Shown: one piece after another, positions 26,810 through 39,667 of the stretch
Layout of the letters: each line of letters opens with the position of its first letter
Position numbering within the stretch: position 1 is the first letter of the stretch
Assembly (NCBI GenBank): GCA_021613535.1
Contig: CP075496.1
Location: 5,084,001 to 5,148,000, forward strand
From: Adineta vaga
Taxonomy: Eukaryota > Animalia > Rotifera
Length of the DNA: 64,000 bases
Direction: 5' to 3'
The notes under the pieces: generated by a model
The model's database searches: none
Told to the model about the DNA's origin: nothing
What the model saw: only the letters and a program-made list of their open reading frames with translations
Translations under genes and position numbers: made by a program

Positions 26810-27832
26810 GACAGTATCTTTTCTTTGTTCTTATTTTAATAGTTTATCTTAATCATTTATACGTCCATTAGTCAGGCTTGTATTATGATTAGAGATACCA
26901 AACAATACAGTCATTGATCTATTTAGACAACAATAAACTCGCGGGAATTAGATTGCTCGTTATTCCTTTTTTTTCGTCATTTTGTTAATTGTCATATCAT
27001 CAGCGCAGGGTTCCCTTTTTTTTCTTTCTCTAAGTTTTCTTTCGTTTTATGTCTATTTTTCTTTATTTTGATCTTTTACACATAATATGTAAACAAATAG
27101 AAACACATACGTGCATACGAATATTGAAGTGAATACTGGATGTTTTGTTAGTTTTGTACGTTTGTGTGAAGACTTGTTATTATCGTTTTTTTCTATTCTC
27201 TTGATTAATCTCCTTTCTCTCTTTCTTCTCTTATTGTTTTTGTTTGACTCTGCTGTCAACCAGCTCATAGTGTTAGAGTGAGCGTGTGAAAGATATACGT
27301 GTGTTTGATTTGGTTTTTTCTCTTCAACAATAAATATCAATCAGTATTATGAAAGACATTATTGTGAAAAAAGATTGGTTTTCTTTCGTTGTTCAAAATG
27401 CTAATCAGATTTATATTTGCATGAAATTATACATAATAAATAATGACTAGTAGATGTTTTATCGAGACTGCAAATGTTAAAGAGAACTCTGATGTGTTTT
27501 CCTCGTTTATTTCTATATCGATGTCGCTATTAAAACACAAATAGCAAATAATCAACTGACATACTATTTATGTTTCTAAGGGAGAAAAAATATTGATGAT
27601 AGACATTTATATATGAGATAAATATAGGATATAAAGGCAAAATTTAGAGATTCATATAATAGTAATGCATACAGAAAGTAAGAAACGAATGAATGATTGT
27701 ATCTTTTTGATTTGTATTTCTATAACATAATCGTAAGACGCTCGTCATTATGTATATATTAAAGCGAGTGATGAGTGCAATTGCTATTTTTATCTTTAGA
27801 TATTTTCTTTTTGACTAAAACTCATTAGCAAT

Positions 27833-28761
27833 ATGTCAGCACAAGAGTCAGCTCCTGTTCATGTTGAAAAAAATGAATTATTTCAAGTTGCTCCTAATTT
27901 TTGGAATATTCGTGTTAATTTCAAAATGTTCGCTGGTCTTGTTGATCTCGGTTCACATATGTCATTAATTCGATTAACTAACGGAAATTTTCTTGCTATT
28001 GATACAGTTATTTTGACCGATCATTCACGTGCTGAAATTGATCGTTTAACAGATAATGGAACTAAAATCGAAGCAGTTATCGGCGTACATCCTTTTCATA
28101 CATTGGCATTTCCAGCATTCTATGAAACATATCCAAATGCACAGTACTATGGAACACCAAGACATTTACGACGGCTAGCACAAATCCCATGGGCTGGTTC
28201 ATTAGAAGATTGTAATATAAGGAAACAATGGGAACCAGAAGTGGAAATGCGAATTCCAGCAGGTATATACAGATTTGTTTATTTATTTTATATACGAAAT
28301 AGAATATAGGTGCAGAATTTGTCAACCCATTACCGGAATCCAGTAATCATTTTGTTAGTATGTTCGTATTTCATCGTTCATCACGTACTTTACATGTTGA
28401 TGACACAATTATTTATGGTGATCATCCAGGTTTTTTATTAAAATTAATTGGATTTAAACATGGTACAATGGCATTTCAACCATCAATTAAAGGAGCTGGC
28501 TTATATCCAACAGTTGAAGCACCTTTTCAATTTCGTGATTGGATGAAAACTATGTTAAATGATTGGAATTTTGATAACATTTGTTGTGCACATAGTGGAG
28601 TTAAAATTGGTGGAGCTCATAAGCAAGTTTTAGAATTAGTTAATGCAGCAGAACCTTTATTCAATAAATTAAGTGAGAAAAATCGAAAGAAAAATGCCAA
28701 TAATGAAACACCAAGTAGTAATCATCCTAATTTAAATGTTAGTGGAGATGAATGTGGATGA
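27833..28761 (+). CDS. DUF4336-like / metallo-beta-lactamase-fold protein, 2 exons (intron 28263-28309); HGT candidate
   Basis: The two ORFs join in frame through a 47-nt GT-AG intron (IPAG|AEFVNP). Motifs MSLIRL, HPFHT, FHRSSRTLHVDD and WNFDNICCAHSG match this microbial family as I recall it. Confidence 0.8.
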
Positions 28762-28848
28762 ACTATATTAATGTCATGCAAAATATTCAAGTATCGTCTC
28801 GAACACTTTTTCTACATACATAAATTTTTAATTTCTACACTATTGACG

Positions 28849-29298
28849 TTATTTTCTTGATTTTTTCTTTAAAAGTTTCTTATTAATTGTTTGTAATCGA
28901 GTTCTATTCATATTCAATTTTGTTTTTACATGATCAAGTCGTGCTTTCATTTCATTTAATCGAAGTCGTAATTGTTTTCGTTCATCTCTCATTCGAGATA
29001 TTTCAAAAGGAAATATCGTTACTACACTTGATAAACACATTGTTCGTAATTGTTTATCACGATGAGTTTCAAATTGTTTTAAGCATACAGGACATTGTCC
29101 TGTTTCTTTCAATCGTTTTCGTATACAATTCTTTCCAAATAAATGTCCACATTTTGTTGAAACTAATTGATGTTTATTATTATTTGTACACATTGATGCA
29201 CAAAGTGAACAAACAAATAGTTCATTTTCGGATATATTATCAAACATTGTCTTAAGATTATCTCTTGTAATCATTGGCAATAAATTCGTTGTAGTCAT
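28849..29298 (-). CDS. RING finger (RFWD3-type C3HGC3) plus coiled coil, no WD40; intronless
   Basis: CSLC...HQLVSTKCGHLFGKNCIRKRL...CPVC followed by a basic heptad helix; likely start ATG 29298. Confidence 0.8.
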   Translation of the reverse strand: MTTTNLLPMITRDNLKTMFDNISENELFVCSLCASMCTNNNKHQLVSTKCGHLFGKNCIRKRLKETGQCPVCLKQFETHRDKQLRTMCLSSVVTIFPFEISRMRDERKQLRLRLNEMKARLDHVKTKLNMNRTRLQTINKKLLKKKSRK

Positions 29299-29486
29299 GA
29301 ATATATATATATACAAAGAATTTGAAATAAATGAGAAAAAAGTCAGTTTACTTTCTTTGAAAAGAGCGAAATTTCACCTAGTTACTCGCGATTTATTAAT
29401 GAATAAAAGCGTCCTCTTCAACATTCAATTTTTTTATTGGACTATACGATATATTAAAGCAAATAATAAATTATTTATTTTTCATT

Positions 29487-30052
29487 TCATAAGTCTTCTT
29501 TTGCTTTAGCTTCATTTTCTTTTGCTTCATTTTCAAGTGCTTTTAATAATCGTCGTAAATCAGCAAATGCTGTCGGTGTTAAAGCTAATAATAAAAATAA
29601 AAACAGATTCTTTTCTCATAAAACAATAAAAGTCATAAAAACATACTTGCAACTAATGGTCGAATATCTTTCATATCAATTTCAGATAATGTTCGTTCAC
29701 TTATTAAATCTAAAACACGATTGATTTCTCCAATGACTTTACCATAGGCAGGATATCGTGTTTCCCAATCATCAGGTAACAGATGATAATTACCATCGTA
29801 TAATCCCAAAATAAATTGTTGTATAAATAATCGAAGTGCATCATCCAAAGTAAATACATCATTAGCTAACATAATTTCGAGAGAAAATTTTGATTTTGTT
29901 TCATCAAAACTAATTGGTGTTGAAAATGTTCGTATCAATGCCTTTAAAAAGAAATCCGGTATTGCCGATGATGATGATGATGATGAACTCTCCGATGTAG
30001 TAAGAGAAAATCCATTTATGAGTAAAACTAGTACGATAACTGTCGTATACAT
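29487..30052 (-). CDS. Uncharacterised protein with signal peptide and C-terminal KEDL, 2 exons (intron 29646-29585)
   Basis: Hydrophobic N-terminus; phase-1 GT-AG intron; exon 2 reads TLTPTAFADLRRLLKALENEAKENEAKAKEDL-stop. Confidence 0.75.
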
Positions 30053-30213
30053 GATTATTAATGTAAAATGAAAAATGGTCTGATTTTGTCGTTAACCTCT
30101 GTATAAACCAGCTGGCTTTCTTCTCATCAAAGTTTTTTTTTCTCGATAATATCATATCTTGTCTATTTATATGATATTGAATAGAAAGTTTATTTTAGAA
30201 CGTACTATTGAAC

Positions 30214-31029
30214 ATGGCTTATGCCTATGATAATGCAGATTTTTCACGTTATTATGATAGATTTGTTGCTGATCTTCCAGTGGATACTTTTTGGATTGAT
30301 ACAGTACAAAATATCTATGCACAAATTATTCAACGAACTATTGCTGATCATCAATGTACCGTTGTCGTTGATTTAGGTTGTGGTACCGGTGACGATTTAA
30401 GTTATTTTGCGGATTATTTTAAAGATAAAAATGTCAAATTAATTGGTGTTGATCATTCACAAGCAATGTTAGATCGTGCAAAAGAAAAATTAGCGAATCA
30501 ATCGATTAATTTAATACATGGTAGTTTAACAAATTTTGCAAATTGTCTTGAAAGAAATATTGTCGATTGTATTCTCTTATCGGCTGGTACATTTCATCAT
30601 TTAAATACTGATAAAGAACGACAAGAATTAGTTGAAAATATTCAAGCAATTCTTCGACCAGAAACAGGACTTTTTTCCATTTATCTAATGCCAGATGCAT
30701 TTATACATGTTGAATCAACTAAGGATTCTGATAAAGAAGAAAAATTAAAACTTATTGCAACAGAAAACGTTCAACAACCTGATAATGAATGGATTTGTAA
30801 ACAAGTATTTGAATTTGATGCACCTCCAAAAACTGAAATATCATGGCAAATACGTACTTGTAACATTTTGAAGCTTTTAAAATTATTCTCTTCATACCAT
30901 TTCGAACCAATTTTATGTTGTTTAAATGGTAAAGAACTTATTCCATTCAATGAAACGATTGCCTCATCATTAGATCAATATTCTACACCGATAATTCTTG
31001 TTTTTCGTAAAATAAAAAACACAAACTAA
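30214..31029 (+). CDS. Class I SAM-dependent methyltransferase, intronless; HGT candidate
   Basis: Motif I VVDLGCGTG, post-I LIGVDHSQAML, later SAGTFHHL and LRPETG; first ATG at 30214. Confidence 0.88.
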   Translation: MAYAYDNADFSRYYDRFVADLPVDTFWIDTVQNIYAQIIQRTIADHQCTVVVDLGCGTGDDLSYFADYFKDKNVKLIGVDHSQAMLDRAKEKLANQSINLIHGSLTNFANCLERNIVDCILLSAGTFHHLNTDKERQELVENIQAILRPETGLFSIYLMPDAFIHVESTKDSDKEEKLKLIATENVQQPDNEWICKQVFEFDAPPKTEISWQIRTCNILKLLKLFSSYHFEPILCCLNGKELIPFNETIASSLDQYSTPIILVFRKIKNTN

Positions 31030-31290
31030 ATTTTTTTTTCATATGAATTCAAAGGAAAAGAAATAAAGAGAACACAAGAGAGAAGAAAAAAAATGAGAAA
31101 GAAAAGAGAAGAATCTTATAATGTCTATTCATGCATTTAATTATGATGCCAGTTAATGTTCATTTGGGTTATCACAGTTGTGGAGATGTGTGTGTGAGAA
31201 TGCATAATTGATAAGACAAGCTCACATTGAAATCATCATTTCAAATGAATCGAATTCATTTTGAAAATGTTTAGATGTTTGATGAGTGAA

Positions 31291-34200
31291 TCATCGTTGA
31301 TGATCAAATTCATGTTTATCTTCAAGCAATGGTGGTACTCGTGGTGCAACCATTTGAGTTAAAAATGGTTGCATATGTGTATCAACACTCGATTGACGAC
31401 GTACATAGAAGGGGATTGGTTGTGTGATAGCATTCTTATTACCTAAAGAGAAAATTACGAATGAAACTATGAATATTTATCACGCGTAGATTATCTAATT
31501 CAATAGATAATACTTGATTTTTTTTATATCATTTAAATGAAGGTCGTCGAAAAAAATGGTATCTTAATCGAATCCTGTTATTTAATGTTTATTCAGAAAC
31601 GAAATCGGAATTGATTGAATGACATTAGTTGTAAATTCAATTAAAGAAAAAAATCAGTTAGGAAACTTGATATTCCTTTTGTGTACTCATTACAAGACTT
31701 AATTGAATACTCTCTATTAGGAGAAAAGAAAAAAGAATCTCTTTCTTTTCCACTCCAAGTATCAATATAGATTTGTAAATTTTCTTCAGAATATCTATTG
31801 TCTCAAGCGGAAATAATTTGTCCTCGAGAAATCTATGCATTTTGACACGCTGACAGTCTTATCTTTATAATTATTAAGTGAAAGGAAGGAAAATTTTTCT
31901 TTATTTAGATTGATAGACATTCATAAATATGATTAATACATCTCATATACGATCAAATGTCTATTTTCTTCTATGTGAATGTTTGTTTTCTCTCGACACA
32001 TTTTCTTCTTCTTCTTCTTTTATTTGCTCCGTTATTAACAATACTAATATGATAAAAGTTGTTGATTTAATCAAAATTTTCACGACAATTTGCTTGCATT
32101 TCCGGTTCTCTTACGTTCGAATAACCGATCAAAATCATAATCATAAATAACCTCTTCTAAAATGTATTGAAATGAATCGAGGTTAGAAAACCTCTTTAAA
32201 CTATTTATTCTTTTGTTTTCTTTAGTTATCTGTAAACGATTATTTGCGAGAATAATCAAGAAATTAGTAAATAGAAGAATCGAAGTCTATATCTACGTGA
32301 TAGTTATCATTAATATCTCGTATCTAAATGGTTAAGTATAGAAAAAGGCACAAGAAAGGAAACGTCTCTAATCGAGTGGCACTCATTTTCTCGTCAACGA
32401 TATTTTTCTTTTGCATATCTATCATGGATATGTCTTGTTTGTTCTTACAATGTAACGAAGAGAGGAAAAATAAGTAGTTAGCAAAGATCTGTTTTTCTCT
32501 CTGTGTCTCTTTTTCTTCTGATCTAATTGTAAATTTAGCTTTTCACTTGAATAATCTGCTAATTCATGCATTCATTTTCTGAGACTTGTTTATAAGTTTT
32601 CATCTGTTGTTCCTATTCATGTATCAGTCACTATTCTATTTAAGTAAGAATAATCCCTTCTCTTCTTTCTTTTTTTATCTCTCTGAATAAACGAAAAATG
32701 AAAAACAACGTAATGAATTGTAAAAATACTGATTGACTCGAAGAATTACGGATAAAGATTTGATAGAAATGAATAGAAAAAAAGAACTTTTCTGTTTCTA
32801 TCGTACCTGATAATTGAATAAAGAGAATACCCCAACGTATAGACCAAATCCAACCAACAAGAATAAAAATTGTTGAAATCTGTAAAATTGCCGCCAAAAC
32901 ATTGTAAAAAAATGCGACAATATCTTTTTCATAATCATGTTTTCCACAACAGAAAACTGCGAAAGCACTGACCAACGGCCTAAAATAAAGAAATAATCAA
33001 TTCGATGGATAAGCGATATTCATTGTGTTTGTTATTTTGTTCGACTCGTTTGCTCGCCTTCATTGACGTCTTTTGCTTATGTCACAATGTAATTTGATCA
33101 TAACAACGCACGTTCTTTTGGGAATATATACAGTCGCTTTTCATTCTTCGTTTCGCTTAGCTTACCATTGGTATTCCCATCTCGAACGACATCCAAATAC
33201 TATACAAAGATTTTGTTCAAACAGACATCGAATCTATTTACACGAGCAGAGAAGTTAATTCCCGTTTGGAGACATAATAAAATGATAGGCCGGATAGAGA
33301 TTTCTCAATGAACCAAATGACACGACGACAAGAATGAACTCATTTGTCATCGACAATGCACAATGTACAGAACAAGATGTCATCATTTTCCTTGCTGAGG
33401 ACATATCACTCATCTAAATGTCTATGTGCAGCAGGGAATATATGATATTAACTTATTATCCTATCTCTTTTCTTCTTTGTCATCTTTTCTTTCTTTATGT
33501 ATGCAATTGATTAAGCGAAACAATAATATCGTTCCTATGGGTTGTTGTTGTTGTTGTTATTATTATTATTATTATTATTAAGATCATGATAAAAAAAAGA
33601 AGATGAATTTTGCACGATATGAAAGGAATGGATGATAATAACAACCACAACGACAACAGCAAGCAAACAATTAAATCGCAGAAGAGAGGTCTTTGTATGT
33701 CAAGCAGTTTAGTACAAAATCAATTTGATAAGTTGTACCGCTGTGTACGCGCGTTTACATATTACTAATCAATATAAGGAAAGAAAATGACATCGAGGAA
33801 GAAAAAAGAGAATAGCAAGAAATTCCAAGATTATAATTGTCAGACGTGCTGAGTAATGATGGTGCCATCTTCGGCATGAATAATTAGCTTTTTTTAAATC
33901 TTCTTCTTCATTATGTGAAAAGATATGTTAGAGAAAAAGATACGACAACTTTATTCCTTCTCTTCTTTGAATCATTCAAATATATCAAATGGAAATAAAC
34001 GCACTGATTATCATGTTATCAGACGCTTTTCTTTCTTATTATACTTCACAAAATGAAATTCATACCTGTTCCAGGTAGCACAAGATTCAAAACAAAACAG
34101 ATCAATGCTAGAACACGTGGCATTTGTGGAACAGCACGACGAAACATGCCTTGTTTAATTTTGTTCGAATTGTGTCCGCCAACATTGATGGAAGCACGTT

Positions 34201-34315
34201 TGCTTGATGATATGGATACATGACTTCGACGAGGTGTTCGATTACTCGAAAGATTAGGGTCCGGTGTTAATGAATGAACTTCATCGAGGATGATCTGTGG
34301 CGATGACATACTCAT
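31291..34315 (-). CDS. stum: Stum (stumble) family membrane protein, 3 coding exons (34315-34066, 32979-32807, 31442-31291); apparent 1-nt frameshift at the exon 2 start
   Basis: FRRAVPQMPRVLALICFVLNLVLPGTG...LVSAFAVFCCG...AAILQISTIFILVGWIWSIRWG is the stum signature; the last exon is in frame and ends DHQR-stop. Confidence 0.85.
33541..33579. repeat. (GTT)n(ATT)n trinucleotide microsatellite in a stum intron
   Basis: Direct reading. Confidence 0.9.
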
Positions 34316-35355
34316 TATTGTTAATTTTTATTTTCTCGTTTGCTAATTATTAATTTAATCAAAAGTAATCTGAAACGAAAAGTAAGAGAAATACATGGAT
34401 TTTTGTTTGTCCTATTTGTCACCATGTACATGAAGATTTAGTTGAGAAAATCACATACGCGCACACACTCCATACATCACTAGTTTCCTACTGCTTTCAG
34501 ATATAGTTCTACGTCTTCTCACAGTAGTAAAAAAAAGGGAGAAAGAGAGATAGAGAGTGTAAAGAGAAACGAGAGAAAAAAGAAAGAAGAAAACAGGCGG
34601 AGACAACTACGACGACAGATCGTACGCGGAATCTTCGTCATCAGTTCTTGTCATTCTCTGTTACAAACATCTTTCATCTCTTTTTTTTCTGTCCCATCTT
34701 TTTCGCTGCTATTCTCTCTTGAAAAAAAAAACAGTTTCTCTCTCTCTCTCTCCATAATTTTGTCTCGTTGCATTCACATTTCTTTGACAATGCCATCTCC
34801 TCTATAATGCTATTGAGATTAATATATTCGAACAAACAAATACAGCATCATCAACCTAATAACTATTATTATTATTACTATTATTATTCTTTCCAAGACA
34901 TGTTTTATATCCTTTCATTCTAACTATCTATTATATTTTGGAAATATTCTTCGTTGTAAAAATTAAACACATCCAGAGAGCGAGAGAGAGAGGCGAAGAG
35001 AAAAACACGACTGAAAGCAAAGCTATAATGATAGACGATAAGAACTCAAAAGTGTCTCTTCATCCGGCAGGCAAATAAACTCGATGATGAACAAAAATAA
35101 AGATGTAATAAATAAAAAACTGTCTACTCAAATCTATCGATTGCTTTCTTTGTTAATTAATAATTGTGCAATAAGAACAAGATTCAATCTTCTTTGAAGT
35201 ACTCTTCAAACACTGAAATCTTTCGATTTCACTAGGCAATATATTTCCTCTCTGATCTCTCTCTCTCTCTCTGCAAGATATTCCTTAGAGAATTCAAGTC
35301 ACTATCTGTTATTTTGATGGTTGATTAGATTAAAACTGAATGATTTCTTTATCTG

Positions 35356-38300
35356 CTAGCATCGTTCGAACACTAGAAATGTCTTTGTTAAAAAAGCTTT
35401 TTTCGGTAAGGAGAACTTTTTCTTTCGATATTTTCGAATGAAATTTTTATGAAATTGAAATCGCGTTTTTTGTTTCCATCGTGCAATAAAATAAATCTTC
35501 TTTGTTGATTTATGTCGATCGGTATGAAAATATCTGTCAGATTTGTTGAGATTATTTTTGAAATCATCATTATTTATCCATAGAAGATGATTTATATGAG
35601 ATTCTTTTAAACATAATAAATCATTTTCTTCAAATGGATTGTTACACCATTTCATACAAATATCATACATATTTGGAAGAACATATTCAGTATAAATCTG
35701 TTTTTTAATCCATTGACTATCAGAAAGAATAAATTGTATAAATATTTTAATCTAAACGATCTTTCTGTACCTTAAAAGATGATTTATCGCTGTTTGTAAT
35801 TGATTCAATTGTTTATTTAAATCATTTTTCGTGTTTATGGAAGATTGAGATTTATTTGATCTACAAGAAACAAATATATTCAATAGATATAATGAGAATA
35901 ATTTGATACGACACGATATTTGTCGATGTTGAACATCAAAATCAATTGAAGGCATATTTTCAAAACCAACCCATAAACGATCTGAAGGTGGCAATGGAAT
36001 ATTGATTAGAAGTATTCCATTGATACTACGAATATTAATCTATTTAAAGATAGAAAGAAGATTTTAACTGGTTTATTATGAAAATCTCTTCCAAAAGAAC
36101 TATAATCAAGTTTTTTCGTCTTCTGAAGGATAAAAAGACTAGTATAATTAACTTTCATCAATGTCGACTTATCAAGTGACAAGATGATAGTTGATAGAAT
36201 CTCTTATTAACTGTTGATTATGATTCCATTTTGATATTTAGCTATTAAAAAACGATGGATCATTTTTTTTCTCTCTATCACTAAATAGAATTATTAATCT
36301 ATTAGATGAAATCAAATATTATTATGCAAGATTTCATTGGCTTTATTCATCGGATATGAACATGACCGATTTACATGTTAAAAAGATAATATACTAATAA
36401 AAATAAATCTTTCTTCTCGTATGAAGCATGTGCTATTAATAACTATTAATGATTTTATGTATATTTCACCACAATAGAATTCATGTGTATTACGAGGATG
36501 GATGTTTTATAGTTAAATTTAGATTATAGAATTTCTGTAGAATATTATAAAGTGATATGCATCAATGATCTATGTTAATAGGAATAATACTATGGCTTTA
36601 TAAATCTTTAACTTTGTTTAATTATCCTACAATCGACCGGAAAGATTTTTAGACACAGAAGCATAGGAAAATGTCGGAGAAAAGAGATCGGATGAATTCT
36701 TTTTCTACGGACGTATCCTTGAGTTTTGTCATATTTGTGCAAAATCATAGAAGCGGAAGATAAAAACTAAGTGAGAGAGATGACGTGCAAATACCCGACT
36801 ATATTTGCTTGAACAACTCTTACTGTGATAGTTATTATTGTATTGACAATTTTTCGCAAAACTTGAATATTCTTATGAAAATGAAACAAGCTTTGGAACC
36901 ATATTGGTATGAATGAATACATTTTCTTTTGATTAATTTGTTTTTGAATTAGATTCAATTCGATAGTAAATTCAATGGAAATATTTCCTTGATAAGTTAA
37001 ATTCATTGATGTCCATAGACCATTTTGATTCAACCAAATTCGGTTCATATTTTCAATTTTGGGATAAGTATTATCGAAAGAAAAATGTGAAAGACGTATC
37101 CAATGAATATAATATGGTAATTTCAAATGTTTTAATTCATGTTGAAGTTTCGTCGAAAAATAATTTCTAACATGAATATTTTCATAGAAATTTATTGTAC
37201 AACGTAAAATAATATAATTAATTAAACATATATAATCATCATTTTGTTTTTCGGAATGTTTTGAAGGAATCTGAACTATATTTTGAAAGAATGTTTTCAT
37301 TCGTGTATGCCAAGTTGGATAAGATAAGGATTTGTTATGTTCTAATAATGAATGTTTTTCATAATAAAATTCACTTTCAATTTGATTGATAAATGATGAT
37401 TCAGTATTTGATTCTCGTTCGTTTATTGATATCGATTTTTGTAATCGATAAAACCATTCTTCTTTTGATCGCATTGTTAATGTATATAAATGAATTTCAT
37501 CCTTCAAAACAAATAGATTTCTCGATTATTTTGTTTTGTTTATGTAGAACGATCGTTTAGAGCAACGATAACGAAATCAGTAATAGATAAATATGAAATA
37601 AAAGATGATTTTGTTTAGATTGCAACTTAATCTAGTCAATGACATTGTATGAAATCAGTCATCGCACGAGAGATAAGACATAGATTGTAGGATTAACTAG
37701 GGAAGTATTACATATTCTCTCGTGTTGTCTATGAAGAAGAAGAAAAAAAGCCAGATTAGTATGTTTGGAAAAGGTCATGAGAAATAATGATAGTTTATTC
37801 AGAAATATAAGCAATAGATGAACTTTTGCTTAGAAGAATGATTTAGATGGAAAACTATCCAGTTGTTCGAGACATTTTGTGAAAAGAATTCTTACTTTCT
37901 CAGTACACCATTGAAAGATTAAGTTTTGTAAATGATATGATGATGATTTTTTTCGTTTATTAATACGAAATCGAACGAGAAAATGAAGATGACTAAGTAT
38001 AATCGGTGTTTTAGTTAACCAATAATGTGTTCGAATTGATTGTAATAGTTTTAACACAATTTTAGCTTGAGATAAATCAAATATGATAACTTCCGAGAAT
38101 GAAACTCGATGATGAATGAGATGATCGATATTTTTCAGACGTTTTGAAGTTAAATGAATGAGTAAATAATGAGAATATAATTTTAAATACATGAGTTGTA
38201 ATCTGGTACGATTGGAAAGTTTAATTTGAGTAACAAAAATACCGAATATCCAGACAGATTCACATGACATTTTGTCGGAAGAAATTGTCAGAATATCTGG

Positions 38301-38477
38301 CTTTGATGAGAAGAGAAGCGATGATATTTGATGAATATGTTCATTAGATTTGTTCAAGGTAAAAATATTCATGAGAAGAAAAGCAAATGGAATTGAGAGT
38401 AGAATACCAATGAGAAAAATGAAGAGATGAACGAAGAAAGTGATGACAATCATAAAGAGTAATACGCGCTTCTTCAT
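35356..38477 (-). CDS. TEX2: Divergent TEX2-like TM + PH-like + SMP lipid-transfer protein, about 5 exons
   Basis: N-terminal TM; RSKEEWFYRL; LKLPYYI...NQNGLWTSMNLTYQG; INIPLPPSDRLWVGF; WIKKQ...VLPNMYDI, collinear with TEX2/Nvj2 motifs. Confidence 0.78.
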
Positions 38478-39667
38478 TTTTCATTTATTAATAAAACTTA
38501 TTCTGTATATATATATATATAAACGCATTAGATGATTAATAAGCCTTGTTACAGAAAATGTATTACAACTGTCATTATGACCTGTGCTTTACCATTACTT
38601 GTTACTTTATATAGAATTCCGTGTTAGTAACGAACGGAACTATTTTCCTTTCATATTTGATTAGGAAATTAGGATTCATTCAGAATAAATTGAAAATAAT
38701 TGTGGTAGTGAGCTTTTGATTTATTTGTAGAAATATTCAAAAAATGATAGAATAAAACAAATTCGAATGTTAGAAATTCATACTCGAACAAAAACTTTTG
38801 AAAGATTGATATTTCTTTTTCCACAAATTGGATTTTTTACGTCTATCAACATTATATTTAAGAAAAGATTTGATTCGATTAATTGATAGATTTGAAGTAA
38901 TGTAAATAAAAATTGGTTGAATTTTGTTATCCATTAGTTTTATTTCTCTAAATTTTTTTCATTGAGAGAAAAAAAATCTTGATGGACTCTTTATTTCTCA
39001 CCATGGTGATGAAATCATTGGTATCGCTTCTTTAATCATTCATTGATTTTTCTTCTTCGCAATCTTTTATCAGAAATATATGTCTGACATAATTGTGCAA
39101 CATATTTGAAATCATCTGATCAAGATCAGCTTTTCATTTTTTATCAAAAATGTAACATTTTCAGTTCTTTCTGTTTTTCTTCTTTTTACTTACAATGATC
39201 ATTTGGTAATTTTTCTTGATTGACATATTTGCTTTCCAAATAGGACGTAACCAAAGTTAAATCCAACTTTCAAATGAACTATCCTAATTGGAAACTCTCC
39301 GTAGCACTCTCACCCTAAGATAGTTCGTTTGAAATCTGAATTCAAGTTTAACACTACTGAAGTGGCACAGCTCGACTGATAATGATAGATAATATCTTAT
39401 GTGATCAGCAAACAAATTGAATATATGACTTTGACCTGGTAGGCGTGTCTTATCTGATATCGTCTTTCGTTCTCCTCTTGGGTACAATGCTCTTTTTCAC
39501 ATGTATATTCGCATACATTCGTTTTATTCTATACTGATTACATGTGTTGCCTCTCTCTCTCTCTATTTTTCAAGACGTTTCTAGTAACATCTTTACATTC
39601 GAAGATTCGGATATAAAGACTTCAACGTTCATATTATTCGAAATTCTTATATACGAAAAGTTATACG

